In this document: positions 63,634 to 64,000 of the stretch, one piece after another | Numbering within the stretch: position 1 is the stretch's first letter | Layout of the letters: each line of letters starts with the position of its first letter | From: Trichoplax sp. H2 | Taxonomy: Eukaryota | Direction of reading: 5' to 3' | DNA: 64,000 nt | NCBI GenBank assembly: GCA_003344405.1 | Contig: NOWV01000206.1 | Coordinates: forward strand, 62,001-126,000 | Translations under genes and position numbers: made by a program | The notes under the pieces: generated by a model | The model's input: only the letters and a program-made list of their open reading frames with translations | What the model was told of the DNA's origin: nothing | Database searches by the model: none

Positions 63634-64000
63634 CCCCCCCCCCCATAACCAGACAATTTCTGATGAATTATCTCTTCTTGCTATCTTTATAATATACGTA
63701 AAATGTCGGTTTGGTACATTGTCACAATTCACTGTAAGTTTGAATAGCTGTTGTACGTATTAATTATACAAATGATAATTAATTATTATCAATGCTTGCA
63801 TATTCGGGCATCAAAATTGATTAAATTGTGTTACTATAATTTCCTTTTACTCGCCTTGGTCATTTTTTTTGAAGATCAGCCAAATCCGATCGTAGCAAGT
63901 AATGTTGTTAAATTCCGGACTACAATACAAATATTATGATAGTAGTGTAAAAGAACATTATATAATAACCTGGCTGTTTACTACCTGTAAGACACAGCTC

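Overview
This is AT-rich eukaryotic (animal) genomic DNA with short GT-AG introns. The gene content and style suggest an early-branching metazoan such as the placozoan Trichoplax; that is inference, not a database match. The left third is compact. It holds the 3' part of a multi-exon receptor guanylyl cyclase (+, to 4832) and a complete 11-exon ALG6 glucosyltransferase (-, 12699..9411, 494 aa) containing a U12-type intron. It also holds a diverged ~1.1 kb duplication of the ALG6 3' end whose copies look like decayed 7TM genes, a composite 60-bp minisatellite, and an intronless 42-aa TPR-repeat gene (+) with hypervariable positions and a decayed tail. The right two-thirds is a head-to-tail array of six intronless class A peptide-receptor-like GPCRs spaced 6-9 kb apart. 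All six lack the canonical Na+-pocket/toggle residues (D2.50, S3.39, W6.48) and keep an invariant D6.59. The spacers carry a 149-bp near-identical inverted repeat pair and a perfect 21-bp hairpin. There are two 20-N assembly gaps. No tRNA, rRNA, CRISPR array or intact transposase was recognised.
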